DNA of 64,000 nucleotides from an uncultured bacterium (GTDB lineage Bacteria; Omnitrophota; Omnitrophia; Omnitrophales; Aquincolibacteriaceae): NCBI GenBank assembly GCA_964434115.1, contig CAYSSX010000001.1, positions 397,911 to 461,910 of the forward strand, read 5' to 3'. Shown piece by piece: positions 9,501 to 18,911 of this stretch (position 1 is its first letter; each line of letters starts with the position of its first letter). The notes under the pieces were generated by a model. It saw only the letters and a program-made list of their open reading frames with translations, ran no database searches and was not told where the DNA came from. The position numbers and the translations under genes were made by a program.

Positions 9501-12500
9501 CAGGCTTCAGCCGCATCCGCCACAACCAAATCCTTGTCCAATAGCTCTTTCAAAAAGGTTTTAAGCGGGTCCGGAAGATGAGAGTTCACAATATCTTCAT
9601 CCAGCTTCTGCTGGGCCTGCATTCCGGTAACATCGCGGCCGAACATCCAGGCCGTCATCACGCCGAACGCGAAAAGATCCATATGCGGATTATGCTGAAA
9701 TACTTTGGAACCCTCACGCATATCAGCCTTCTCTAGAGCTGTCTTCAAAATGTCGTCAGAGTAAGGCGCATAAGTCTGGGTCACGGCCTCCATACCCTTT
9801 TGCACCTCGAGTTCGTACTGCGCTTGATGAGACGCTGCGGGCTTGTTCGTGCCAGGCTGAAAAAGCATCGAAAGTTCAAAATCAAAAATAATGGGGGGAT
9901 GATTTTTGAGGTCTTCTTCAGTCCAGGAAGTATTCTTGAAAATTTCAGGGGGCAGATAAATGTTGTCAGGCTTCAGGTCCCGGTGCAGAACACCTTTTTG
10001 AGCCAGAACAAGATAAGTTTCGGAAATCCGCCTGAGGACACTTGCCCGCTGCACAAGACTCCACTCATTCATCACTCCCACGGCATCCGTCATCACGGCA
10101 CCGCCCGGCGGAAGAGGTTCGAAAACAAGGATGGAGCTGTCAGGAATTACGGCTCTGAGCTGCGGCAGATCAGGCGAACCCAGAAATTTCTCAAGCACCG
10201 GGCGCTGAAGCATATAAGCCTCAGGATTGACTTTGGCCACGCCAAAGGCCGCAGGCCGCCCCTCATAAGAACCTAAATAGTAAACCGCTCTCTCCCCCTG
10301 TCCCAAAAGATAATCTTCTGACTCTTCCAGCATCCAGACCGTATTCCTGCCCGCGGCATCAAGTTCGGCAATCGGGGGCAGCGGCATTTCCTCACTGCGC
10401 AGTTCGGCGCGCAGGACATTCCGCTTGCCGCTTTGAACGCTCCGGCCGATATTTCCAAGCACCGCTTTAACGCGTTTAACCGTATCCCCCGCTTGTTTCG
10501 GAGGTGCCGGAAAGGACCTTACGGCCAAACTTAATCCGTCCGCGATTTTCTGAATGTCCCCGCGGCGGCGGATCTCCTCCTGCACGGACGGAAGGATTTC
10601 ATCCAGAATCCGCTGGCGCGTATTGTTTTTATCCGTACCCAGATAACCTTCAACCCGCAGCCTGATCTCATCCGCAGCAATCGCGGCATACTCATAAAAA
10701 TCGTCGGGTGTTTGAGGAACGCCTATCAGCACGCGCGGGAAACTTTCCAGGTTCTCCGAATCGCTTCTCAATTCTGAACGGGGTAAAACCGCGCCGGGCT
10801 GGCGTTTACTCTCCCGTACCCATGCGCCTCGAGACAAACGTTCGGTCCTAAGGGCGCTCACGCGGATCGCCGAGCCTCTGACGAGATTCCCGGCGAGAAC
10901 AGTCCGGCTGGGAATCGCCGACGGCTCAAGAAGCTGCTGAATCTTTGGGCCTTTCAAATCTCCGCTGTCTTTTAAACGCCTGAGGCCGTCCACAAAACGC
11001 CGGATATTATTCTCCCAGGCCATGCGGTAGCCCGCGCTTGAATCCTCAAGCCCTGTCTCCTGAAGCAGGCGCGCGTAGTCCGAAATTTCCCGGGCACGGT
11101 TTTGCCGCGAAAGCTCACGCACAAGATTATCCTGCCACTCACTCAAAAGCGCCTCGCGGTTCCGCTCTGCTTCCGCAAGAAGACGGTCCCGGACCGCGCG
11201 GTGAAAAGCCTCGTACAGCGGAATTTTTCCGTCCGCTTCTTTGAGGTAGGCGCTCCAGCTGACGCCCCCATTCATATGGCGCTCGTAAAGCCCCTCCTCG
11301 GGAAGCCCGGAAATCACGGGTGTCACCAGCAGCACGGAAAAGCCGTCCCCGCGCGCGGCCCTGAGAAGGTTTTCCGTGTGAAAACCCCCGGCCACGAGCA
11401 CTGCCGCACGGCCTTTTTCAAGATCGGCTTTCACGCGCCGGTAGAAAACCTGGTCGCGTTCACGGGCGTTGCCATAAAAACGCTTCGCGTGGGCCAGAGA
11501 ATTCCAAAGCCCTTCTTCTTCCGGGTTAAATTCGGGAATTCCGCGGTTCAGTTCTTCCCAATCTTTTGAGGACAGTTCAAGCGCGGCCAGTTTTTCCAGA
11601 AGATTCAGCCGCCGGTTTTCCCGGTCGAGGGCCTTGGCCTTTTCATCTGCCCCGATCAAAACCTGCTTCACTTCAGCGGTATAGCTTTCAAGGTCCTGAA
11701 AAATTTGAGCGCCTTTAATCTCGGCCAGCCGCTTTCCGGAACGGATCCAATGCCCGGCGCCTTCCGGGGCGGAAACATCAAGGTGAAGCTTTACCGAAAA
11801 ATCTTGAAGGAAATGCGCGAAAGCCGCGGCGTCCATCCCGGACGTCTGATACTGCTGACAGCGTTCTTCAAAAAGACGGGCAGAGCCAGCGGTCTCGCGG
11901 TCAGACCGCTTAAGCAGGGCCTTTCTCAGGTCGTCTGACCATTGTCTCAGCAGCGCCTCTGCCCCAGCGCTGTCCCCGGGTTTTCGGTGCGCGGCCGCGA
12001 GCAAGGCCTCAATCTCGGAACCCGGCGGCGGGGCTTTGAATCCAGCCAAGGCTTCGAGGACTTCTAAAAGACTGGAGCTGCCGTCAGCAAAGGTTTCAAG
12101 CTTTTGATCCAGCCCCAAAAGTTCCGGGCTATAAACCGCGGCTTTTTGTTTTTCCAGATTTTCCCGGCGCCGGGAAAAATCAGCTCGAAGAGCTTGCCTG
12201 TCCGACTGCGCCTTAAGAAAAAGATGAACCCCCTCTTCATAAAGCGCCCATTTTTCAACGCCTTCAAAACGGCCGGGATTCGGACTCAGCACCGCGGCCG
12301 CGATGGATCCCGGCAGCTCGGACGCCTCAAGGTATTCCTCAAGGACTTTTTGCAGCAGGTTACGGTTCGGGAAAGTTTTTAGAAGCAGCGGATCCAGCTC
12401 GCCGGAAGCGCCTTCCAGATAAACGCTTTCCACGCCCGCTTCTTTCTGAAAATACTCGATCAATTGCCAGAGGCTTTTTTGGGCGCTCGCGGCTTCGTGG

Positions 12501-12706
12501 GCGTCCTGCAGAAGGATCAGCGCGCCGGGGCGTGTTCCGGAAGAAAGACTCTCGACATGGCCAAGGCTGTCCGGCACTGCCGGATTTTCAATTCTAAACG
12601 CAGACGCTGGTGATTCCGCGCCTTGAACGCAGGGCGGTGCCATCAAGGAAAGGCAGAAAAGGAAAGCGGTTGATCCCGCAGTGAAGCGTTTCAGCATCCG
12701 GTACAT
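6575..12706 (-). CDS. giant secreted multidomain protein (2043 aa): shared N-terminal module, Ser/Thr protein-kinase-like domain, HAD-like phosphatase domain and RSELR linker motifs
   Basis: Signal peptide (MYRMLKRFTAGSTAFLFCLSLMAPPCVQGA). The kinase catalytic loop VLHRDLKPDNIY is encoded at about 9962-9988. HAD motif I (VMVDMDGTLT) is encoded at about 8010-8040. The N-terminal roughly 480 aa are homologous to the N-terminus of the 46039.. giant. The motif RSELR/RAELR occurs three times. Confidence 0.8.
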   Translation of the reverse strand: MYRMLKRFTAGSTAFLFCLSLMAPPCVQGAESPASAFRIENPAVPDSLGHVESLSSGTRPGALILLQDAHEAASAQKSLWQLIEYFQKEAGVESVYLEGASGELDPLLLKTFPNRNLLQKVLEEYLEASELPGSIAAAVLSPNPGRFEGVEKWALYEEGVHLFLKAQSDRQALRADFSRRRENLEKQKAAVYSPELLGLDQKLETFADGSSSLLEVLEALAGFKAPPPGSEIEALLAAAHRKPGDSAGAEALLRQWSDDLRKALLKRSDRETAGSARLFEERCQQYQTSGMDAAAFAHFLQDFSVKLHLDVSAPEGAGHWIRSGKRLAEIKGAQIFQDLESYTAEVKQVLIGADEKAKALDRENRRLNLLEKLAALELSSKDWEELNRGIPEFNPEEEGLWNSLAHAKRFYGNARERDQVFYRRVKADLEKGRAAVLVAGGFHTENLLRAARGDGFSVLLVTPVISGLPEEGLYERHMNGGVSWSAYLKEADGKIPLYEAFHRAVRDRLLAEAERNREALLSEWQDNLVRELSRQNRAREISDYARLLQETGLEDSSAGYRMAWENNIRRFVDGLRRLKDSGDLKGPKIQQLLEPSAIPSRTVLAGNLVRGSAIRVSALRTERLSRGAWVRESKRQPGAVLPRSELRSDSENLESFPRVLIGVPQTPDDFYEYAAIAADEIRLRVEGYLGTDKNNTRQRILDEILPSVQEEIRRRGDIQKIADGLSLAVRSFPAPPKQAGDTVKRVKAVLGNIGRSVQSGKRNVLRAELRSEEMPLPPIAELDAAGRNTVWMLEESEDYLLGQGERAVYYLGSYEGRPAAFGVAKVNPEAYMLQRPVLEKFLGSPDLPQLRAVIPDSSILVFEPLPPGGAVMTDAVGVMNEWSLVQRASVLRRISETYLVLAQKGVLHRDLKPDNIYLPPEIFKNTSWTEEDLKNHPPIIFDFELSMLFQPGTNKPAASHQAQYELEVQKGMEAVTQTYAPYSDDILKTALEKADMREGSKVFQHNPHMDLFAFGVMTAWMFGRDVTGMQAQQKLDEDIVNSHLPDPLKTFLKELLDKDLVVADAAEAWARVIQEIQRIEEYYGAEFVEAEPASLDDTDFQIGPAVNAPTREMTIVDHEYDPTIQLGSAYQESNFKLDPALEARLAEYTDKALALTKEMETGGAEDVSRVSRELVKLTRETWSEDDLVSQEGKIRHWLEKRLGGSNQLLTGERYYDVSGRAAELNHRILMMLGFDKPEGLTRIYLGGDGVNEMAFETDLEHAAVYPMNRYRFLSDEEYPLSEELMKMTNLPIEDDTGKFVDRPDPLKRSALIVKEILSKGIVYTVTRKILAAAAAEDTTPVYKLEQRNPALFYANLSRLFDREMSEGTFQKELADEILKKINRPRDEKTPEGEALLRFYTSQLKVLEERNVFALKAREIYEDFRRLFPGSGPFQFVDIGVQGAQQFFIASAVLHFEKEKAPLFYQRIGAHSGAVLASYQFTDITDADDMAALEHYRLFYYAPEDSLKARQPVFRQAPAESLIATLQLFMMAQHEVKQRQKVEEIARFVRDFSDKGFVMVDMDGTLTHHPQTLEMEPRTTDEIVRLLVRGVPVVVNTLNSADEMRRRVFYPVLSRLEEVGRADAIQHLGGYGRVASEYVDREDGRTPMIFVVMSPEGVPTYHPLEGRMNKAETTRHFQNHTGRKKFVFLDDQFGPGGYARFALDVEGGYFLDIENSRNRTSERAVKDRGAVNLTGTQKWLRLINYAIDTQPGNRSELREAAPEALYSIGDMKEVAERLAPDAAFRGPVNSGAVDRLAQAENLTDVETGLLSAMLDLESRRDAEVKSAAARIQASSAAVDQALARAYQRLQSKFPDRRVNLALDLPLEKDGAWTADLEAALKNSAGWIDRLTLSSSEALEGEFHIAESLVRVFQNAGIKGIQPDARLERAEKLRDISGQKKLGLVALSGNSKIVSGKNWVWAIEHSGDLTKLNALERAALLKLKVFLALAVALEEDLLPAELLREYGLESLFGGASFDLSQNRIGIMLEAFHTFMLSEQSIAASA

Positions 12707-13035
12707 TCCCTATAGTTTAACAAACGTTCTCTTCATCAAGAACCCCAGTCTTTAAACCCCGGGTGCAGAAATCCGGGATTGGAAACGCACAAAACACAGC
12801 GGCCCACACAGCAATGCCCTTGTTAAGAAGGCTGCTCTTTGTCATCTTCTAAACACACCTTTAGGAACTCGATTTTTTTCATGGGAGTGAGTTTGACTCC
12901 CTTAATAAAAATGCCCCAGAAATGCAATTTTTGATAATTTTCGAAGCCCAATGATAGGTTTTGCTAGCGGTTTAGAAATAAAGTTAGAAGCGCCGGGAGG
13001 GTTAAAAACACAGGGGTCGATTTGGGGAAAACCCT

Positions 13036-16000
13036 TTAAAAAGCAGGTTTTGGCAGGGCTTTTCTTTTCCAGATATAAAAAAGTACAGGGTAAATCAAAA
13101 GCTCCAGCAGAAACGAAGTGGTAAGACCGCCGATCATCGGGGCCGCAATCCGCTTCATTACGTCTGAACCCGCGCCTGTGGCCCACAGAATGGGAAGCAG
13201 CCCCATAAAGGCGGCGGCCACGGTCATCATCTTTGGGCGCACGCGCTTTACGGCGCCGTGCACCACCGCCTCTTCAAGGTCTTTTTCGTTTTGCATCTTT
13301 CCTTTGCGCACCGCGTCTTCATACGAGAGATCAAGAAACAAAAGCATAAAGACGCCGGTCTCCGCATCCAGCCCCATCAGCGCGATCATTCCGACCCACA
13401 CCGCAATCGAAAGGTTGTAACCCAGCGCCCACAGCAGCCACACCGCTCCAATCAGCGAAAACGGAACCGCGAGAAGCACGATCCCTGTCTTCACCGCGGA
13501 TTTTGTGTTCATGTATAAAAGCAGGGCAATCAAAAAAAGCGTCAGCGGAACCACGGTCTTCAAACGCTGCTTCACGCGGATCATATTTTCATACTGCCCG
13601 CTCCATATCAGCGCGTAACCCGCCGGCAATTTGATTTCCTTTTCCACAAGAGCCTTGGCTTCTTTGACATACGACCCGATGTCCCGGCCCGTCATGTCCA
13701 CAAACACGTATCCGGCTTTGAGGCCGTTCTCATTGCGGATCATGGCCGGCCCTGTGAGCTTACGCAGTTCGGCGAGCTGTCCGATCGGGATCTGCTGGCC
13801 CGAAGGCGTGGCCACCAGCACGCGTTTCAGTTTCTCAAGGTCATCACGGAATTCGCGCGCGTAACGCACATTCACCGGGTAGCGTTCCGGCCCCTCCACC
13901 GTGGTCGTGATATTCTCGCCGCCCACCGCGGACATGATCACGGTCTGAACATCCTGAACCGAAATCCCGTAGCGGGCAATCGCTTCCCGGTTAATTTGAA
14001 AATCCAGGAAATACCCTCCGGCCGCGCGCTCGGCGTAAACACTGCGGGTGCCTTTAAGGTTCCTGAGAAGCGCCTCGATTTCCGAGCCGATTTTTTCGAT
14101 CTCCACCACATCGGAGCCCAGCACCTTGATTCCGATGGGCGTGCGCACCCCTGTCGAAAGCATATCGATCCGGTTTTTAATGGGCAGAGTCCAGGCATTC
14201 GTGATGCCCGGAAGTTTGAGCAGACGGTCCATTTCATTGATCAACTCTTCACGCGTCAGGCGTGCTGGCTGAAACAGGCGGAAAGGCCCTTCCAGAAAAT
14301 CCGGTAAAAAGGAATACCAGCGTTTCTTCATCCGCCATTCAGATTCGGGCTTTAGAAGCACCACGGTCTCAACCATTGAAAAAGGCGCGGGGTCCGTGGA
14401 ACTTTCCATACGGCCCGCTTTGCCGAACACCCGTTTGACTTCAGGAACACTTTTGAGAATCTGGTCCTGTTTAATGAGAAGCTTCTCGGCTTCACTGACC
14501 GAAATACCGGGCAGAGTGGTCGGCATATAGAGAATGTCCCCTTCCCACAAAGGCGGCATAAATTCCGAACCCAGCCGCATAAAAACAGGAATCGTGGTCA
14601 AGACCAGCGCAAAGGCCGCGGCCAAAGTTTGCTTGCGGTGACGGAGCACCCAGCGGCACACAGGTTCATAGAGCGCGAACAAACGGCGGCTGACCGGGTG
14701 TTTCTCTTCGGGGTAATACGTCCCGACACAGAGCGTGGTCGCGGCTTTGGAAAGCCACGGCGATTTGAATTTAAAAGGGTCCATGCGCGTGAACATCATT
14801 CTCAGCGCGGGGTCCAGCGTCACAGCCAGAATCGCGGCCATCAGCATGGCCAGCGTCTTGGCCCAGGCCAGCGGCGTGAACAAACGCCCTTCCTGATCGA
14901 GCAGCGTAAAAACCGGGAGAAATGAAACCGCGATCACGAGCAGCGAGAAAAACACCGAAGGCCCGACTTCTTTCAACGCCTGCAGACGCACCGCGTGAAA
15001 GTCCCCCTTTCGTCCGCCTTCATTCCATTCTTCCAGGCGTTTGTAGGCGTTCTCCACTTCCACAATCGCGCCGTCCACCAAGACGCCGATAGAAATCGCG
15101 ATTCCGGCCAGCGACATAATGTTGGAAGTGATGTTCATTCCCTTCAGCAGGATAAACGACAGGAGCACAGAAATAGGAATCGTGACAATCGGGATCACGG
15201 CCGAGGGAAAATGCCAAAGAAAAATCAGGATCACGGCGCTGACAATCAGCATTTCTTCAATCAGCTGGTGCTTCAGCGTGTGAATCGCGTTCTTGATAAG
15301 TTCCGAGCGGTCATAGGTCACGACCAGTTCCACACCCGCAGGAAAAGAACCTTTGAGTTCGCGGATGCGTTCCTTGACGCGGTTGATCACATTCAAAGCA
15401 TTTTCACCCGAACGCATAATCACCGTGCCGCCTACCGTATTGCCAAGCCCGTCAAGATCCGTTACGCCCCGGCGGATTTCAGGGCCGGTTCCCACGGAAC
15501 CCAAATGGCGGATCAAAAGCGGTGTGCCTTTGTCATCCACACCCACAGCAATATTTCCAAAATCCTCGACCGACTTCGCGTACCCGCGGCCGCGGATCAT
15601 ATACTCCGCGCCTGAGAACTCAATCAGACGCCCGCCGCCTTCCTGATTGCCGTCCCGCACCGCGTCAATCACCTTGGAAAGCGGAATGTTGTAGGCCTGC
15701 AGCTTGTTCGGGTCCAGCGTAATCTGATACTGCTTCACGAAACCGCCCATGGACGCCACTTCCGCGACGCCGGGCACACTCTGCAAGTGATAGCGCAGGT
15801 ACCAGTCCTGAAAGGACCGGATCTCCTGCACATTGTTTTTTCCGCTCTTGTCCACCAAAGCATACTGAAACACCCAGCCCACGCCCGTCGCATCAGGCCC
15901 CAATTCAGTCTTAACGCCCTCCGGCAGGCGTGAGGAAATCTTGCTCAGGTATTCCAGCACCCGGCTGCGCGCCCAGTAAAGATCCGTGCCGTCTTCAAAA

Positions 16001-16317
16001 ATCACATAAACATACGAAAATCCAAAGTCCGAAAAACCGCGCACAGCCTTCACTTTCGGCGCACCCAGAAGCGATGTCACAATCGGGTACGTCACCTGGT
16101 CTTCAAGAATATCGGGGCTCCGGTCCCAGCGCGAGTAGATAATGACCTGCGTGTCGGACAAATCCGGAATCGCGTCAAGAGGAATGGTCTTCACCGCGTT
16201 CACAGCCGCCATCATCGCCGCAATCGTCAGGATAAAAATCAGAAATTTGTTCTTGGCCGAAAACTCAATGATCTTTTCGATCACGCCGTCACGGCGGGGA
16301 AATTTTTCAGGCTCCAT
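13036..16317 (-). CDS. cusA: CusA/CzcA-family heavy-metal efflux RND permease
   Basis: About 1093 aa, alignable along its full length to E. coli CusA (DALPDLSDTQVII, EDGTDLYWARSRVLEYL, GPDATGVGW, AGSDVMKRIAAPMIGG). The preferred start is MEPEKF at 16317 because GGGAGG lies 8 nt upstream. The listed ORF starts at 16380. Confidence 0.9.
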   Translation of the reverse strand: MEPEKFPRRDGVIEKIIEFSAKNKFLIFILTIAAMMAAVNAVKTIPLDAIPDLSDTQVIIYSRWDRSPDILEDQVTYPIVTSLLGAPKVKAVRGFSDFGFSYVYVIFEDGTDLYWARSRVLEYLSKISSRLPEGVKTELGPDATGVGWVFQYALVDKSGKNNVQEIRSFQDWYLRYHLQSVPGVAEVASMGGFVKQYQITLDPNKLQAYNIPLSKVIDAVRDGNQEGGGRLIEFSGAEYMIRGRGYAKSVEDFGNIAVGVDDKGTPLLIRHLGSVGTGPEIRRGVTDLDGLGNTVGGTVIMRSGENALNVINRVKERIRELKGSFPAGVELVVTYDRSELIKNAIHTLKHQLIEEMLIVSAVILIFLWHFPSAVIPIVTIPISVLLSFILLKGMNITSNIMSLAGIAISIGVLVDGAIVEVENAYKRLEEWNEGGRKGDFHAVRLQALKEVGPSVFFSLLVIAVSFLPVFTLLDQEGRLFTPLAWAKTLAMLMAAILAVTLDPALRMMFTRMDPFKFKSPWLSKAATTLCVGTYYPEEKHPVSRRLFALYEPVCRWVLRHRKQTLAAAFALVLTTIPVFMRLGSEFMPPLWEGDILYMPTTLPGISVSEAEKLLIKQDQILKSVPEVKRVFGKAGRMESSTDPAPFSMVETVVLLKPESEWRMKKRWYSFLPDFLEGPFRLFQPARLTREELINEMDRLLKLPGITNAWTLPIKNRIDMLSTGVRTPIGIKVLGSDVVEIEKIGSEIEALLRNLKGTRSVYAERAAGGYFLDFQINREAIARYGISVQDVQTVIMSAVGGENITTTVEGPERYPVNVRYAREFRDDLEKLKRVLVATPSGQQIPIGQLAELRKLTGPAMIRNENGLKAGYVFVDMTGRDIGSYVKEAKALVEKEIKLPAGYALIWSGQYENMIRVKQRLKTVVPLTLFLIALLLYMNTKSAVKTGIVLLAVPFSLIGAVWLLWALGYNLSIAVWVGMIALMGLDAETGVFMLLFLDLSYEDAVRKGKMQNEKDLEEAVVHGAVKRVRPKMMTVAAAFMGLLPILWATGAGSDVMKRIAAPMIGGLTTSFLLELLIYPVLFYIWKRKALPKPAF

Positions 16318-17548
16318 GATCATGCCCTCCCGCGGAACCCGAACTCTGCAAAGCCGATTTGAGGCGGCTTTCCGAATCAATCAAGAAGTTGCCGCTGGTC
16401 ACGACCCGCTCTCCCTCGGACAATCCGGCCTGAATCACATAGACGCCGTCCGCGGAAGCGCCCAGCGTCACGCTGCGCGGCTCAAACTGCCCTTCTCCAG
16501 CCTGGACAAAAACAATATTTTTATCCCCGGTTGAGAAAACGGCCTCGGAGGGCACGACAAGATTTTCGCCAAGATCCACCGCGACCGCGGCATTGGCCAG
16601 CATCTCAGGCTTCAAAAGACCGTCGGTATTCTGCAGCTCCGCGCGGAAACGGACCGAGCGTGACGCGGGGTCCAGCACAGAGTCCAGCGCTCGCACAGTT
16701 CCCGTAAACACCTTGCCCGGAAGCGATGGGATCTCGGCTGTGACCGCGGCACCCGTTTTCACCAGCGGAATATCAAATTCATAAACCGGCGCGTACAGCC
16801 ACGCGCGTTCTCCCGCATCCGTGTACAAAAGCGCCCGGTCGGGCGCCCCGGCCTTGTCGATTTCTGCAATCAACTCTTCGTTCAACCCCAAAAGCCGCAG
16901 TTTGATTTTCGCGGAATCCACAAGCTTGGCGGATTGCGCCCGGATTTCAGGATGCGTGTCTGTCGTTTTCTCCCAGGCCTTGCGCGCTTCAAGATACTCC
17001 TGCTGGGCTTGATAAAGCTCCGGGTCTGAGGCAATGCGCCCCGATGTGCGCAAGGTTTTCGAAACCCGTTTCTTCTCCACGCTTCCGGTTTTTACGCCAA
17101 TGGCTTCCAGCTTGTCCGCCGAAGCCTGAACCGCCGCGTACCCTTTGGGCATAAGCCCCGTGATCACGATCCCAAGATCTTCGCCGCAATGCGGGCATTT
17201 GCCGAGCCTGGCGGATTCTTCGGTGTGCGTGAAAACACACTTCCCCATTTTGCATTTGTGCAGCAGGCAGACTTCTCCAGGCTTCAAGGCCAGAAACTCT
17301 TCAAGCGTCATTTCCTTTCGCCCCGGAACCGCGGCGGGCGCTTCAGTCTTTTCGACCTTCACCAGCGTCATTCCGCAAATCGGGCAGCTCCCCGGCTTAT
17401 CGGAGCGGATCTGCGGGTGCATGGGACAGGTGTAAACATCTTTAACATGCTGATGTCCGGAGTCTGTACAGCCGCTCGCCCCAAAACTTGCGCCCAGAAA
17501 AAAAGCAGCAATCAGAAAAGGGACCGCTTTCAGGAACAAACGTTTCAT
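16307..17548 (-). CDS. cusB: CusB-like RND periplasmic adaptor (membrane fusion protein) with an N-terminal heavy-metal-binding domain
   Basis: Lipoprotein-like signal (GASGC). The YTCPMHPQIRSDKPGSCPICGM Cys/His/Met metal-binding module is followed by membrane-fusion beta-barrel and lipoyl-like regions. It overlaps cusC by 4 nt and cusA by about 11 nt. Confidence 0.85.
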   Translation of the reverse strand: MKRLFLKAVPFLIAAFFLGASFGASGCTDSGHQHVKDVYTCPMHPQIRSDKPGSCPICGMTLVKVEKTEAPAAVPGRKEMTLEEFLALKPGEVCLLHKCKMGKCVFTHTEESARLGKCPHCGEDLGIVITGLMPKGYAAVQASADKLEAIGVKTGSVEKKRVSKTLRTSGRIASDPELYQAQQEYLEARKAWEKTTDTHPEIRAQSAKLVDSAKIKLRLLGLNEELIAEIDKAGAPDRALLYTDAGERAWLYAPVYEFDIPLVKTGAAVTAEIPSLPGKVFTGTVRALDSVLDPASRSVRFRAELQNTDGLLKPEMLANAAVAVDLGENLVVPSEAVFSTGDKNIVFVQAGEGQFEPRSVTLGASADGVYVIQAGLSEGERVVTSGNFLIDSESRLKSALQSSGSAGGHDHGA

Positions 17549-18840
17549 GACTCACCTCCGGTAAGATCCGCGCCGCTGGCCCATTCAAGGTCCGCGTGGC
17601 TTTTTAAGAGTTCGGTGTAAATACGCGCATACGCCAAACGCGCGTTCAAATAAACGCGCTGGCTGTCGAGGAGTTCCAGAAATCCCGCGCTGCCTGATTC
17701 GTAAGCGGACTGATCCGTAGTCAGCGCAAGTTTTGCCTGAGGCAGCACGGCGGTTTCGTAAAGAAGCGCCACCGTGGAGCCGGCTTCAAAACGCGTGTAG
17801 GCTTCCCTGACCTCGTAAAAAGTTTCGTTCCGGACCGCATGCACCTCCGCGGCCGCGGCGTCCACGGCTTTTCCGGAAGCTAAAATCTCCGGCACAATCC
17901 GGTTCTGCCAGAGCGGCACCGTAATCGAGAGAGGAAACATCCAGCTGTCCTTCCCGTCCTCAGGGTCTGTGGTCATCCCGCTGCCCACCCGCGTATAGCG
18001 GAACCCCGCATTGAGGTCCGGCAGGTTTTGCATCACAGCCAGCGACTTCTCGGCCCGTGATTTTTCAAGCAGGGCCTCCATCTTTTTAATCTCGTCTCTT
18101 TTCTCAATGGCCTGGTTTAATAATTCGATAAAGGTTTCCTTCACTTCCGGCTTAACGGGTTTCTCTGCGGAACCCAGTTCTTCAAAAGGCCCCCGGTTCA
18201 GCAAAACTTTCAACCGGGCCGTAAGGGCCTCTCGCTGTTGAATCAAAATATAATTCTGTTCCAGCGTCAGCGACACTTCCGCCTGCGCCTTTGCCGCGTC
18301 GCGCTGGGCGCCTGAACGGTTTGCGTAGCGGGCCTGGGCCACGCCCTCGAATTTGTTCAAAACCGAACGGATTTCTTCAAGCGTGGAAAGGGCTTCATCC
18401 ACACCGTACAATTCGTAAAAGGTTTTCCGGACATCCCGGATCAAGGCTCGCCGCACGGCAAGGTACTCACTCTTGGCAGACTCGGCTTCAGCCTTCGCGG
18501 CCGCCCGCTTTTTCCACAATTTCGCGGGGAATGGAATTTCCTGGGTGATTTCAAAGTTCTGCATCTGCGGGCCGGTGCGGGTCTCTACTTCGGAGCCCAT
18601 CAAGTCCATACCCGCGGTGGGATCAGGCAAAGCCCAGGACACGGCAATTTTCTTTTGAGCTTCCTGCCAGCGGGCCTCAGCGGCCGCAAGAGAAGGATTG
18701 TTTTCAAGAGCTTCCCTCTCAAGATTCTCAAGCACAAGCGGTGCGGCTGCGGGCTCCGCGGCAAACGCGAAAGCGCTTCCGGCAGAAATCACCAGACCCA
18801 AAGCCCACCCAGCCAAAACAGATTTTAGAAACGGATTCAT
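17545..18840 (-). CDS. cusC: TolC-family outer-membrane efflux factor (CusC/CzcC-like)
   Basis: 431 aa with a signal peptide and two tandem alpha/beta OMF repeats with coiled-coil segments. It lies in an operon with cusB and cusA. Confidence 0.8.
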   Translation of the reverse strand: MNPFLKSVLAGWALGLVISAGSAFAFAAEPAAAPLVLENLEREALENNPSLAAAEARWQEAQKKIAVSWALPDPTAGMDLMGSEVETRTGPQMQNFEITQEIPFPAKLWKKRAAAKAEAESAKSEYLAVRRALIRDVRKTFYELYGVDEALSTLEEIRSVLNKFEGVAQARYANRSGAQRDAAKAQAEVSLTLEQNYILIQQREALTARLKVLLNRGPFEELGSAEKPVKPEVKETFIELLNQAIEKRDEIKKMEALLEKSRAEKSLAVMQNLPDLNAGFRYTRVGSGMTTDPEDGKDSWMFPLSITVPLWQNRIVPEILASGKAVDAAAAEVHAVRNETFYEVREAYTRFEAGSTVALLYETAVLPQAKLALTTDQSAYESGSAGFLELLDSQRVYLNARLAYARIYTELLKSHADLEWASGADLTGGES

Positions 18841-18911
18841 AACCTTCCCCCGTGAACACTTTTTTTTAGACAGACTACGGGAACGAAAGACGGACAGGAA
18901 ATCCAGGAAGG

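Noticed and set aside
6971-12400. Numerous 60-315 aa plus-strand ORFs inside the giant gene 6575..12706, including 6971..7918, 8372..8869, 9800..10276 and 11102..11569.
   Set aside because: They are antisense to a continuous 2043-codon frame that carries kinase and HAD motifs. They are compositionally biased and carry no start-site or ribosome-binding-site signals, so they are shadow ORFs.
12707-13035. The 330-bp intergenic region between cusA and the 2043-aa giant, examined for a regulator gene, small RNA or terminator (hairpin GGGAGTgagtttgACTCCC at about 12881-12899).
   Set aside because: The hairpin lacks a U-run in either orientation. The only ORF here (12902..13186, minus strand) has no ribosome-binding site and a low-complexity product. 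Nothing could be supported beyond a probable promoter region for the giant gene.
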